From: Candidatus Latescibacterota bacterium | Lineage (GTDB): Bacteria; Latescibacterota; UBA2968; GCA-2709665 | Length of the DNA stretch: 64,000 nucleotides | Assembly (NCBI GenBank): GCA_965116875.1 | Contig: OZ220733.1 | Coordinates: 1,856,001-1,920,000 of the forward strand | Direction of reading: 5' to 3' | Shown here: positions 29,942 through 38,529 of the stretch, piece after piece | Layout of the letters: the number at the start of each line of letters is the position of its first letter | How positions within the stretch are numbered: position 1 is the first letter of the stretch | Position numbers and translations under genes: made by a program | Notes under the pieces: model-generated | Seen by the model: the letters and a program-made list of their open reading frames with translations, nothing else | Told to the model about the DNA's origin: nothing | Database searches by the model: none

Positions 29942-31153
29942 TTACTTCCACAACCGCACGATGAATCGACTCTGTTCCTCTATGAGATCGGGCTCTGTAC
30001 CATTGTGGGCGCGCATACCGGGAATGATTTTGTTCCGAACACCCATTCCTCGGGCATCCGCGTAACCGTAGTCACGCATTATGTTTACCAGCGTTTGGTT
30101 GCGGGCGTAGCGGGCGCCAACTTTCATCCCCTCGGTAGTCACGGTGTTGGGCAGACGGCCAGGGCTTGTAATCTCCAAACGATCAGAAAAGATCGAGAGC
30201 ATAATATCGGTACCAACGATACTATAGTCCCGGTGAACGAGTGCGTTCACAATGGCTTCACGAACGACACTCTCCGGGTAGTCCCAATGGTCGATCCTCC
30301 GAGCGTTCTCCAATCGGGATCTCGGTATTGTGTTGCGCCGCACAAAGTCCCACGCCTGCTCAACGAGTCCGGATTCTACGACGTTCTCGTGCTGGCCTAA
30401 CGGAACCATTGGGCCGCGGAGGTTCTCGTCGGCGCGGGTTGCGTAATCAGGTTCATTACCGGGGTAACACAGCGCACGGATTCCTGATTGCGGTAGGTAG
30501 CGACTAGGTGCTCCCCCAAAAAGCAGGACACCGTCGATCGTGGCGACTTGGTGGCCCGCGGAAACAGTCATAAGGTCGATATTCCGTAGCAATGTCTCCC
30601 AACCCTCACGATCGTCCTCAGCAGGGTGGGTCCCGCTGAGGACGCGAATCAGGTAATCTCGTAGTCGGCGATGATCGAAAGCGTCGAATCCGGCCCCAGG
30701 TACCGGTTTCAAACCGTAATGCAGCCGGCCTGAAGCCTGAAACATCCGCTCAAGTTCGTCTTGGCTAGCTTCTTGTGAGGTGTTGCCGACGCGGATGAAA
30801 TAGGTCTTGCGTTTATTGTGAACACGTGCATACGGCTTGTCGGGTCCGGTCGTAACGCGAACCGCAAGAACATCTCGTCCTGGTTCTGCATTCCTTACCC
30901 AAGAAAGAAACGGGGTTACCGGGGGGGCGATCTTCACCCTGCAAAGTTCTGCAACCCACTCTTCCAGATTGTCACGGGTGGTCCCCGAAATTGCTCCGTC
31001 GTCTTCGATCCCTAACAGGACAACCCCGCCGTCCAAGTTAAGCAAGGCGACTAGGCCTTTGGCGACTTCATGATTGGCTAAGTCGTCGCGCTTGAACTCG
31101 ACACCTGAATCTTCGTCGTTGGCGATCAGGGCTTGCAGTTCGCTGTGGTTCAC
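29942..31153 (-). CDS. Schlafen/AlbA_2 domain + RecG-C-terminal-like (HATPase_c_4) protein
   Basis: EDSGVEFK, ALLNLDGGVVLLGIEDDG, YFIRVG; REAIVNALVHRDY, DRLEITSPG, RN, GMG. Confidence 0.85.
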   Translation of the reverse strand: MNHSELQALIANDEDSGVEFKRDDLANHEVAKGLVALLNLDGGVVLLGIEDDGAISGTTRDNLEEWVAELCRVKIAPPVTPFLSWVRNAEPGRDVLAVRVTTGPDKPYARVHNKRKTYFIRVGNTSQEASQDELERMFQASGRLHYGLKPVPGAGFDAFDHRRLRDYLIRVLSGTHPAEDDREGWETLLRNIDLMTVSAGHQVATIDGVLLFGGAPSRYLPQSGIRALCYPGNEPDYATRADENLRGPMVPLGQHENVVESGLVEQAWDFVRRNTIPRSRLENARRIDHWDYPESVVREAIVNALVHRDYSIVGTDIMLSIFSDRLEITSPGRLPNTVTTEGMKVGARYARNQTLVNIMRDYGYADARGMGVRNKIIPGMRAHNGTEPDLIEEQSRFIVRLWK

Positions 31154-31162
31154 GGAATCTCC

Positions 31163-33859
31163 TCAGAACCCATACTTCAATCGCCGAGTTTCGAAGGCAT
31201 CCCTGCCACCTTCGAGAATCTCTTCTACTAGCTCTCGCACGGGCTGTACGTCTATCGAGCCCATATGTTCGGGGGCGACGCTAGCGTAGCCGCCCTCCGC
31301 ATCTCCCGAGGCGGTGAGCCCGATGATCAATTCGGCGTCGCCGAGTACCGGAATATTGGCGTTATGGGTCGAGAAAACAAACTGCCGCCGGCGTTTTTCT
31401 TCGCGAATTCGAGGGACCACACCCTCTGTAATAAAACGGTTATCAAGATCGTCTTCCGGCTGGTCTACGATCAAGGGAGCGTCGGACTCCAGCAGCAGCA
31501 AAAGCAAGACGGCCGTCGCCTTTTGGCCGGAAGAGACGAATTCGAGAGCTTGCCAGGACGGCGCTTCACCGGACGGAGCCGTGTTTAGTTGGATAGCAGT
31601 AGTGGGCGGAAGATCGAGTTCTTCAATCCGCATAGGCACTTCAGGCGCGGCTTCGGCAATATTACGGGCTTGCGCTGGAGTAAGGTTGTATCTGGCGCGT
31701 AGTTCCTCAACTCCTTCCCGGCACGCACTCGCTAAGTCGATAAGAGATATCGAAGGTAAGGTCTCAAGTCTTTCTATAGTGTTCGCGAGTTGCCCGCCTA
31801 CCTCGGAACGGAGCAATGCGAACAGGGGCTCGCGGTCGCCAGCAGCTGCAACGTTTACCTGGACGCGGCCCTTGAGTCGTCGGGTGACTTTCTTCGCCGC
31901 CCTATCTAGGAGTCGAAACTCCTCGGCTTTGACATCCTCCCAATCGGCTAGTAGCGACCGTCGGAGCGAGACGTGTTCGTCCTTCAATTTAGTGAGTAGA
32001 GTATGCCGTTCCCGAAGCGGTCGCAGCGCCTCAATCTCCCGCCTCAAGCGAATGAACTCCTCGCCGTCCACTGCCGACTGTTGAAGTTCGCGCAGAATCT
32101 CCTCGTATGCGGCCTGTACGTCGCGTTTTCGCTCGTTCCATCGGGATGCAATATGTGCGATTCTCTTTTCAACTCGCGCAATTTCCTCCTCAAATCTCCC
32201 TACCAACTCTTCGATTTCCCGACTAAATCTTCCCAGCAAATCGTCGGCGTCCCCGAGAATTCGCTTGCCAGGGAGGTCCTCAAGTGCTTTCGGCGATAGG
32301 AACACACGGTCAATTGGTATTTCATTGCGGACACTTGCGACGAGTTCGCGGAAGGGCTCGAGGCGCTGGGAAATCGAATCGATCACTCGCTCTTCGCGAA
32401 CGAGAAGGCTCCGTTCGCGAAGACGGTCTTCGAGACCGGCCTCTTGAAACTGGTTCAGTGTCTCTTCAAGCCCGGGAAGCATGGCCAAGCGTTCTTCGAT
32501 CTGGTGCAACTCCACGCTAACTTCAAGGATGGACCGACGTGTCTTTTCTAAGTCGCGGCGCAGTTTGGCTTTCTTTTGATTAAGCGATGAGTCGCGTTCC
32601 ACAAAACGGTCAAGGAGTCGGGTGCGTTTCTCACTGTTCCTGGCTAGCTCGGAGATCTCGTGTTGACCGTACACTTCGATCCTGGGTATTACATCGTCGG
32701 GCCGCAGGTTCAATACTTCGCCGCTTTCATGGTTGCGAATCACAGGTGGGTTCGGCACCGTCCGTTCGATACGATACTGTCGTTGGACGGGACGATAGGA
32801 GCGTGCAAGCAATGAAATCTTCGTTCCACTTCGCAGCACGTGGCGGATGATTCCTTCGTGCGCCACGCGGGCATCTTCCCCAATGGGCTCCAAGCCAAGT
32901 ACATAACGGAGGCTTTCGACGAGAGTCGATTTCCCGGTACCTCGACCGCCAACCAGGACGTTAAGGTTAGAGTTTAGGTGGACAGCGGCACCATCCAAAA
33001 ATCCACCATCCCAAGCTATTGCGACTAGCTCGACATGTTCGTCCGGCGTCGGGTCACTGTTCAGTCGGACCCGCGACGAAGGGTCGAGAAAAGCTTGGCG
33101 CAAACCTTCAATTGAAACTTCTGACATCTTGATTAGACAGGTGGCTGAAGGATCAGCTAGATCCTCGGGTTTGACGACATCCTTGGCGTTTATCGCAGCG
33201 GTCGCCAGTTCTTGGCTAACAGTGCGAGCGCGTCGGTATTCCGCATTTTTGTTCTCAAGTATTAAACGCACATCTCGGGACAAACCATTCACCGAGTCAG
33301 GAATCTGGATTGCGAGCAAATCCTCATTCTGCCACGCCCGAATACGCGCTTGACCAGAAAGAACCCTGAAAAGACCACCGTCGTTTGTAACGTGAGCTGC
33401 GACAGTTACGCCTCCTTGATAACGAACCATACTCAAGATATCAATGAAGCTCTTGTGCGTAGAGGTTGAAGATGGCTTGGTGAGCGTAATCCCAAACTCT
33501 CCAAGGAACCGGTGCAATTGTTGGTCTGTAGTCTCTTGGGGGTAGATACACAGGATGTGAACCCCTTCACTAGAGGAGAGTTCGAATCCCGGAAATACGT
33601 GAATACCGTGGCTCAAGGCGGCATCTCGAAACACAGGAACACTGCTGGCATCATTGTGGTTGGTGATGGCTAGGACAGAAACGTCCATTTCCGCCGCTTT
33701 TTCGACGATGGCCTTCGCGTGGCTCTCAGGATCAATCGGACTATCCTGCCCGCGGAAGGTTCCGCTATAGTCATGCGGGTTGACCTGAAGTGCGCAACGG
33801 TGAAAATCCGCGCCGGAAGTCAGCGCAAGAGCCCTACTAATCGGGTCGTCGGTGTTCAC
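31163..33859 (-). CDS. PHP-domain + ABC/AAA ATPase fusion (TrlF / Ppl anti-phage-like)
   Basis: N-terminal PHP-like ITNHN, PGFEL, GVHIL, AAHV; Walker A GGRGTGKST, coiled coil, signature SSGQK, Walker B IVDQPEDDLD, STHNAN. Confidence 0.85.
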   Translation of the reverse strand: MNTDDPISRALALTSGADFHRCALQVNPHDYSGTFRGQDSPIDPESHAKAIVEKAAEMDVSVLAITNHNDASSVPVFRDAALSHGIHVFPGFELSSSEGVHILCIYPQETTDQQLHRFLGEFGITLTKPSSTSTHKSFIDILSMVRYQGGVTVAAHVTNDGGLFRVLSGQARIRAWQNEDLLAIQIPDSVNGLSRDVRLILENKNAEYRRARTVSQELATAAINAKDVVKPEDLADPSATCLIKMSEVSIEGLRQAFLDPSSRVRLNSDPTPDEHVELVAIAWDGGFLDGAAVHLNSNLNVLVGGRGTGKSTLVESLRYVLGLEPIGEDARVAHEGIIRHVLRSGTKISLLARSYRPVQRQYRIERTVPNPPVIRNHESGEVLNLRPDDVIPRIEVYGQHEISELARNSEKRTRLLDRFVERDSSLNQKKAKLRRDLEKTRRSILEVSVELHQIEERLAMLPGLEETLNQFQEAGLEDRLRERSLLVREERVIDSISQRLEPFRELVASVRNEIPIDRVFLSPKALEDLPGKRILGDADDLLGRFSREIEELVGRFEEEIARVEKRIAHIASRWNERKRDVQAAYEEILRELQQSAVDGEEFIRLRREIEALRPLRERHTLLTKLKDEHVSLRRSLLADWEDVKAEEFRLLDRAAKKVTRRLKGRVQVNVAAAGDREPLFALLRSEVGGQLANTIERLETLPSISLIDLASACREGVEELRARYNLTPAQARNIAEAAPEVPMRIEELDLPPTTAIQLNTAPSGEAPSWQALEFVSSGQKATAVLLLLLLESDAPLIVDQPEDDLDNRFITEGVVPRIREEKRRRQFVFSTHNANIPVLGDAELIIGLTASGDAEGGYASVAPEHMGSIDVQPVRELVEEILEGGRDAFETRRLKYGF

Positions 33860-34196
33860 TCACCGCCTCCGTATCCTCAAAGGATCTGAGGTGTCCTATC
33901 ACTGGCGTGGTAGCGACTGGGACTTTTTCCACTAAGATAGCCGAAGCTTCTTGGCTGGGCAAGTATGAAAGGTCCCGGAAAGACTTGACTGCCGACTTAT
34001 ACAAAGCGTCTGAGGGTCGATCGCGTACGTAGGGACAGTAGAATTCATCGTGCTCTGTCTCCCCTATTCAGTGCCAGGCTGCGGGTTGGAAGAGTCCGAT
34101 GAAACGTCAGAAGTGACAGGCTTCAGGGAAGGACTACTCCACTATCTGTTTTCTGAGTGTGGTCGTCAGTCTACCCGCCGTTCGTTGCGTATCAGC

Positions 34197-37184
34197 TCAA
34201 AACGAAGCACCAAGCAGGAAATAGGGAACGGCCCCTTTTGGATCGGTGAACCCGTACCCCGCGCCGGCGCGGAAGTGGATTGGAACGTAGAGGATGCCGA
34301 AATAGTAGACGAACTCGGCGCCGGCGGAAAGGAGCGGTCTGGGTGTGTCCTGCAGAGAATTGTCGCGTCCCCAGGCGTTGCCCGCGTCGGCGAAGAGCGT
34401 GAGAAAGGCGCGGTCGAAGTGCAGTAGCGGCGTTCGGATGGCGCGGTTGACCAAAGCGGCCGGCAGGCGTATCTCCAGCGAGGCGGCCCATGCACGCCGC
34501 CCGGATCTTTGCGTCCCTTCATAACCCCGAACGGGAAACAGCCGTCGCCCCGCGCCGCCAACCTTGAAGTAGCCCCTCCCGCTGTCCGGTCCCCGTGCCG
34601 CCCCCGCGCTCGCCCTGAGCGCCACCACGGGCGCCGCGAATCCACCTCCAGGCAGTTTCCCGTAGGTCCTGAAGTCGCCGGAGACGGCATCGACGGACCG
34701 ATCGTCTGAAGCCTCACTGGCCAGGTCGAATCGACGCGTCGCACGGACAGAGAACGTCGCGCCGGCGGCCCCGCCCATCTGAAACGCGTGCGACCTGGCG
34801 GTGGAGGCCGAGAAATCTGCCGCGACTTCTCCCAGGGTGCTGCTCGGGCTGTCGTACTTCGACAGGTCCGCGGGCTGGAGATCAGAATCCAGCGCCTCCC
34901 GGTCCTCCCGCAACAGGCCGCCCGAAAGCGTGAATGAAACCGTACTCCATATCCTGGGGCGCGCAAGGTTCATTGAAACGATCGCACGGCGCGTTCGTTC
35001 CAGAATGAACACCGTGTCGGCAGGCGCGTCGTTCCGCTCCCCCACCCTCACGCGCTCCTCGTCCCAGTTCTGCGACGTCGTCAAACCCAGCGTGGGGTTG
35101 CCCAGGCCGGCGTACCGATACGACAGAACACCCGCGCCTCTTCCTCCCGAATGTCCTCCTGCCGGCAGAAACATCTTGGCCCCGATGCTGTATGCGTGCC
35201 GGCCCACGAGGTCCACACCAGACGTAAAGGCCCCGACGGATGTGCCAAGCACCTTCGTCCGGAGCGTTGTGCCGTTGCCGGCGCCGGAGAGGGACAGAGT
35301 CCCGTATGGGAGCCAGTATCGGGGCCGGAGCGTGGAGGACGGCGAATAGTCGCGTGCCTGCCCGCCGGCGCGTGCGTTCCATTCATCCGCCGCGGATGCG
35401 ACCTCCGAGGCTATCATCCCCGCCGCGGTGTGCGTTGAATCGGCGGTATATCGTGGCGCGGGCGGCGCGGCATGCGGTTCAAATGGCATGCGTTCGATTT
35501 CCCATCCGTCCACGTGATACCCTGAAAAATAGAGCCATTGTCCAGACGGGTCCACGCTGGGCCACGCCGCGCCGGTCCGGACATTGGTGAGCATGACCGG
35601 AGGCGCCGCCCGGCCACTGTCGACCCGTGCCGCGAAGACATTGAGGATCCCCGTTCGGTCGGAGGACCATACCAGCCACCTCCCATTGGCGCTCCAGGAG
35701 GGGGCGAAGTCCATCGCACGGTCATCGGTGACATGGCTGACGAGGCCCCCTTCCGCGTCGAGGATGACGACGTCGTGATTCCCGCCAACCCAACGTGTCG
35801 CCGCGATCCATTTCCCGTTGGGCGACACCGCCGGAAACGCCCAGTGGATGCCGGCTTTCGGGTGAACCAGGGACTCGACGGACCCCGTGCGGGTATCGAC
35901 TCGCGCCAGTCCGGTAGCGCCGTCTCCTTCCGACACCGCGACCGCCCGGTCACCGGGACCGGCCGAAGGCGAGGTCAGACGGGCGCCGCTGGTCAACCAT
36001 TCCATCACGCCGTCCCGGGTCATGCGGTAGATGTCGCTGTACAGCCGGTATCGCCCTGAGAATTCCAATTTCCCGGTGAGGACGTCCCCGCCGGGCGTGA
36101 ACGCGAACCTGCCCCCGCGGATCCGCGTGACAGTCGTTTCGCCGCCGCCGTCCAGCCCGGTCGAAACCAGTACGGGATCCGAACGACCATCCGATCGACG
36201 GTAGGCCAGTGCCGACCCATCCGGGGAGACCCGCGGATAGAGCGCGTAGCGGGCGCCGTCGGTCAGCCTCTCGGGTTCGGAGATCGCGCCGAACCTGGAG
36301 AGGCGGGCGTCCAGCCCCGCTGCCTTCGTTCGCCAGCCGTTCGCCCACGCGGTCCACTCGCTCGACAGGCTGACGCCGAAGGCGCTCCTTCCCGCGGCGT
36401 CGAGACGATAGGGTATCCACTGCCCCTCGACCGCCTCGACAAATGCCGACATCCGGTCCCGGCCGTACTTGCGCATGAGGTGTTCGAAGAACAAAGATCC
36501 GGAAACGTACGCTCGGAGCCCGCCGGGCCATTGCGGCGACCATCCTCCTGCCTGTCCGATGGACTCGAAGCGGCCCTCCAGGGCTGCCGTTCGAAGCACC
36601 ATGTTGTGATAGGTTCCCAGGACGCGGCCCTTGCCGGTCAGCGCCGACTCGTACCAGGTGGCGATGCCCTCGATGACCCACAGGGGCGTTGTAAATGCCG
36701 GAAAACCGAATACGGGGACCGGTATCCTGCCGAACAGTCCCCGAACGCTGTACCGGCCGCGACGATCGAGATGGAAGATATGCGTCAGTTCGTGAACGAT
36801 CAGAAGTTCCATCCAGTCGTCGTAGTAGCCGAGCAGGAAGCTGTCCACAGGCGGCCGCGCGTAGAGGACGATGCGGTTCGAGGGAAACGGGGTCGCGTAG
36901 CCGTTGGAGACGTCCGTGTGGTCGGTGACGACCAGATCGATGGTTCCCTGCGGTCCCTGCACGAACTGATCGGATAGGGTTGCGTGCGCCCACTCCGCGC
37001 GATCGACCGCCCGGCGCGCCAGGTCTTCCAGTCGATCGGGGAAAGTGACGCGGAAGTGTTCCGTCTCGAGCGTGCGCCACGATTCGTCCGGCGGGACCTG
37101 TTGCGCTATCGTCGGCGACGTGCAGATTACGACGAGCGCAGATAGTGCCGGTATCACGATCCATGGAAGTGATATTCTCGTCAT
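34197..37184 (-). CDS. Outer-membrane protein: peptidase MA-like (HExxH) + TolB/PD40 beta-propeller + BamA/Omp85-like barrel
   Basis: Signal peptide, WRTLETEHFRV, HELTH...WVIEGIA, PD40 repeats (PAVSPNGKWIA, PSWSANGRWL), VRGY motif, C-terminal Phe. Confidence 0.8.
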   Translation of the reverse strand: MTRISLPWIVIPALSALVVICTSPTIAQQVPPDESWRTLETEHFRVTFPDRLEDLARRAVDRAEWAHATLSDQFVQGPQGTIDLVVTDHTDVSNGYATPFPSNRIVLYARPPVDSFLLGYYDDWMELLIVHELTHIFHLDRRGRYSVRGLFGRIPVPVFGFPAFTTPLWVIEGIATWYESALTGKGRVLGTYHNMVLRTAALEGRFESIGQAGGWSPQWPGGLRAYVSGSLFFEHLMRKYGRDRMSAFVEAVEGQWIPYRLDAAGRSAFGVSLSSEWTAWANGWRTKAAGLDARLSRFGAISEPERLTDGARYALYPRVSPDGSALAYRRSDGRSDPVLVSTGLDGGGETTVTRIRGGRFAFTPGGDVLTGKLEFSGRYRLYSDIYRMTRDGVMEWLTSGARLTSPSAGPGDRAVAVSEGDGATGLARVDTRTGSVESLVHPKAGIHWAFPAVSPNGKWIAATRWVGGNHDVVILDAEGGLVSHVTDDRAMDFAPSWSANGRWLVWSSDRTGILNVFAARVDSGRAAPPVMLTNVRTGAAWPSVDPSGQWLYFSGYHVDGWEIERMPFEPHAAPPAPRYTADSTHTAAGMIASEVASAADEWNARAGGQARDYSPSSTLRPRYWLPYGTLSLSGAGNGTTLRTKVLGTSVGAFTSGVDLVGRHAYSIGAKMFLPAGGHSGGRGAGVLSYRYAGLGNPTLGLTTSQNWDEERVRVGERNDAPADTVFILERTRRAIVSMNLARPRIWSTVSFTLSGGLLREDREALDSDLQPADLSKYDSPSSTLGEVAADFSASTARSHAFQMGGAAGATFSVRATRRFDLASEASDDRSVDAVSGDFRTYGKLPGGGFAAPVVALRASAGAARGPDSGRGYFKVGGAGRRLFPVRGYEGTQRSGRRAWAASLEIRLPAALVNRAIRTPLLHFDRAFLTLFADAGNAWGRDNSLQDTPRPLLSAGAEFVYYFGILYVPIHFRAGAGYGFTDPKGAVPYFLLGASF

Positions 37185-37254
37185 AGAGATCCATCTACGG
37201 TTGCATATATGGCGTGGCGTCGCGGATCCACGCAGTGTATCGCGAGTGCCGGGT

Positions 37255-38526
37255 TCACATTTTCCCCTTGCCCCGGGCATCCACTTCCTCTTCTTCAGGC
37301 CGTGCTTCGTGGAGCGCGCCGAAGCGACGAAGCCCGGGAACACCGGCTGCCGTGCCGAGAACCACGAACAGGGTGCCGATCCCGCCGCTGACCACCGAAA
37401 CGACCGGTCCGAACCAGTGGGCGACGAGGCCGGATTCCATACCGCCGAGTTCATTTGAAGCCCCGATGAAAACGTAGTTGACGGCCAGCACGCGGCCGCG
37501 CATCCGGTTGGTCGTCAGCAGTTGAACAAGCGTGTGCCGGACGACCATGCTGACGTTGTCGAAGGCGCCGGTGAGGAACAGCATGGCCAGGGAGAGCCAG
37601 AAGGATTGAGAAAAACCGAAGACGATGGTGGCCGCTCCGAACCCCGCCACCGCGAACAGGAGGTTTCGGCCCGCACGCCGCATCGGCGGCAGGTAGGCCA
37701 GGAGGATCGCCATGCAGAAGGCGCCGACGCCCGGCGCGGCCCGAAGCCATCCGAAACCCTGGGGTCCCACCCGGAGAATGTCCTCCGCATAGATGGGCAA
37801 CAGGTAGACGGCGCCGCCCAGAAGCACGGCGAACATATCCAGCGCCATCAGGGAAAGGATCAGGCGGGTGCGCCAGACGTACCGGATGCCCGCCAGCAGG
37901 GTCGAAAGCGAAGCGGGTTCCGCGCTCTCCGGTTCCGCACGGAAGTCCACCCGCGTGAGCAGAACCACAAAAACCAGGGTGCTCGCCGCACTGAGCGCAT
38001 AGGCGGCGGGAACGCTGTACATGATGACAATGCCGCCAAGGGCAGGGCCGACCACCCAGGCCATCTGCATCAGGCTGGTGTTCCAGGTAACGGCGATAGG
38101 GAAGACGTCGCGCGGAACGAGCAGGGGCACGAGTGCGGTTCTGGCCGGCCGACCCAGGCAGGTGGCCGTTGCATCCAGCGCAAGCAGCGCATACATCAGC
38201 AGGACCGGACCCTCGCCGAGCGAGAGCGCCAGGAGTCCGAGCGACGTGAGGGTTGTGCCCAGCATGCTGAGCACGACAACCCTTCTGCGGTCGAATCTGT
38301 CCGCCAGGAAGCCGGCCGGCAGGGCCAGGACGATCGTCGGCACGGCCTGGGCGAGACCAACCAGCCCAAGGGAAAGGGCCTGGCCGGTCCGCTGGTAGAT
38401 CTCCCATCCGATCGCGATGCTCTGGATCTGGTTTCCCACGATGGCGAAGAACCAGCCCAGGATGTATCGCCGGTAGTTCGCAATGCGGAATGCCGCGTAG
38501 GGATCGTGCTTCCTGGGTTCGGGGAT
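37255..38526 (-). CDS. MFS transporter (EntS/DUF894-like); probable non-canonical ATC start
   Basis: HDPYAAFRIANYRRY N-terminus, LADRFDRRR motif A, MRGRV, SNELGGMESG; about 12 TM segments. Confidence 0.85.
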   Translation of the reverse strand: MPEPRKHDPYAAFRIANYRRYILGWFFAIVGNQIQSIAIGWEIYQRTGQALSLGLVGLAQAVPTIVLALPAGFLADRFDRRRVVVLSMLGTTLTSLGLLALSLGEGPVLLMYALLALDATATCLGRPARTALVPLLVPRDVFPIAVTWNTSLMQMAWVVGPALGGIVIMYSVPAAYALSAASTLVFVVLLTRVDFRAEPESAEPASLSTLLAGIRYVWRTRLILSLMALDMFAVLLGGAVYLLPIYAEDILRVGPQGFGWLRAAPGVGAFCMAILLAYLPPMRRAGRNLLFAVAGFGAATIVFGFSQSFWLSLAMLFLTGAFDNVSMVVRHTLVQLLTTNRMRGRVLAVNYVFIGASNELGGMESGLVAHWFGPVVSVVSGGIGTLFVVLGTAAGVPGLRRFGALHEARPEEEEVDARGKGKM

Positions 38527-38529
38527 CGG

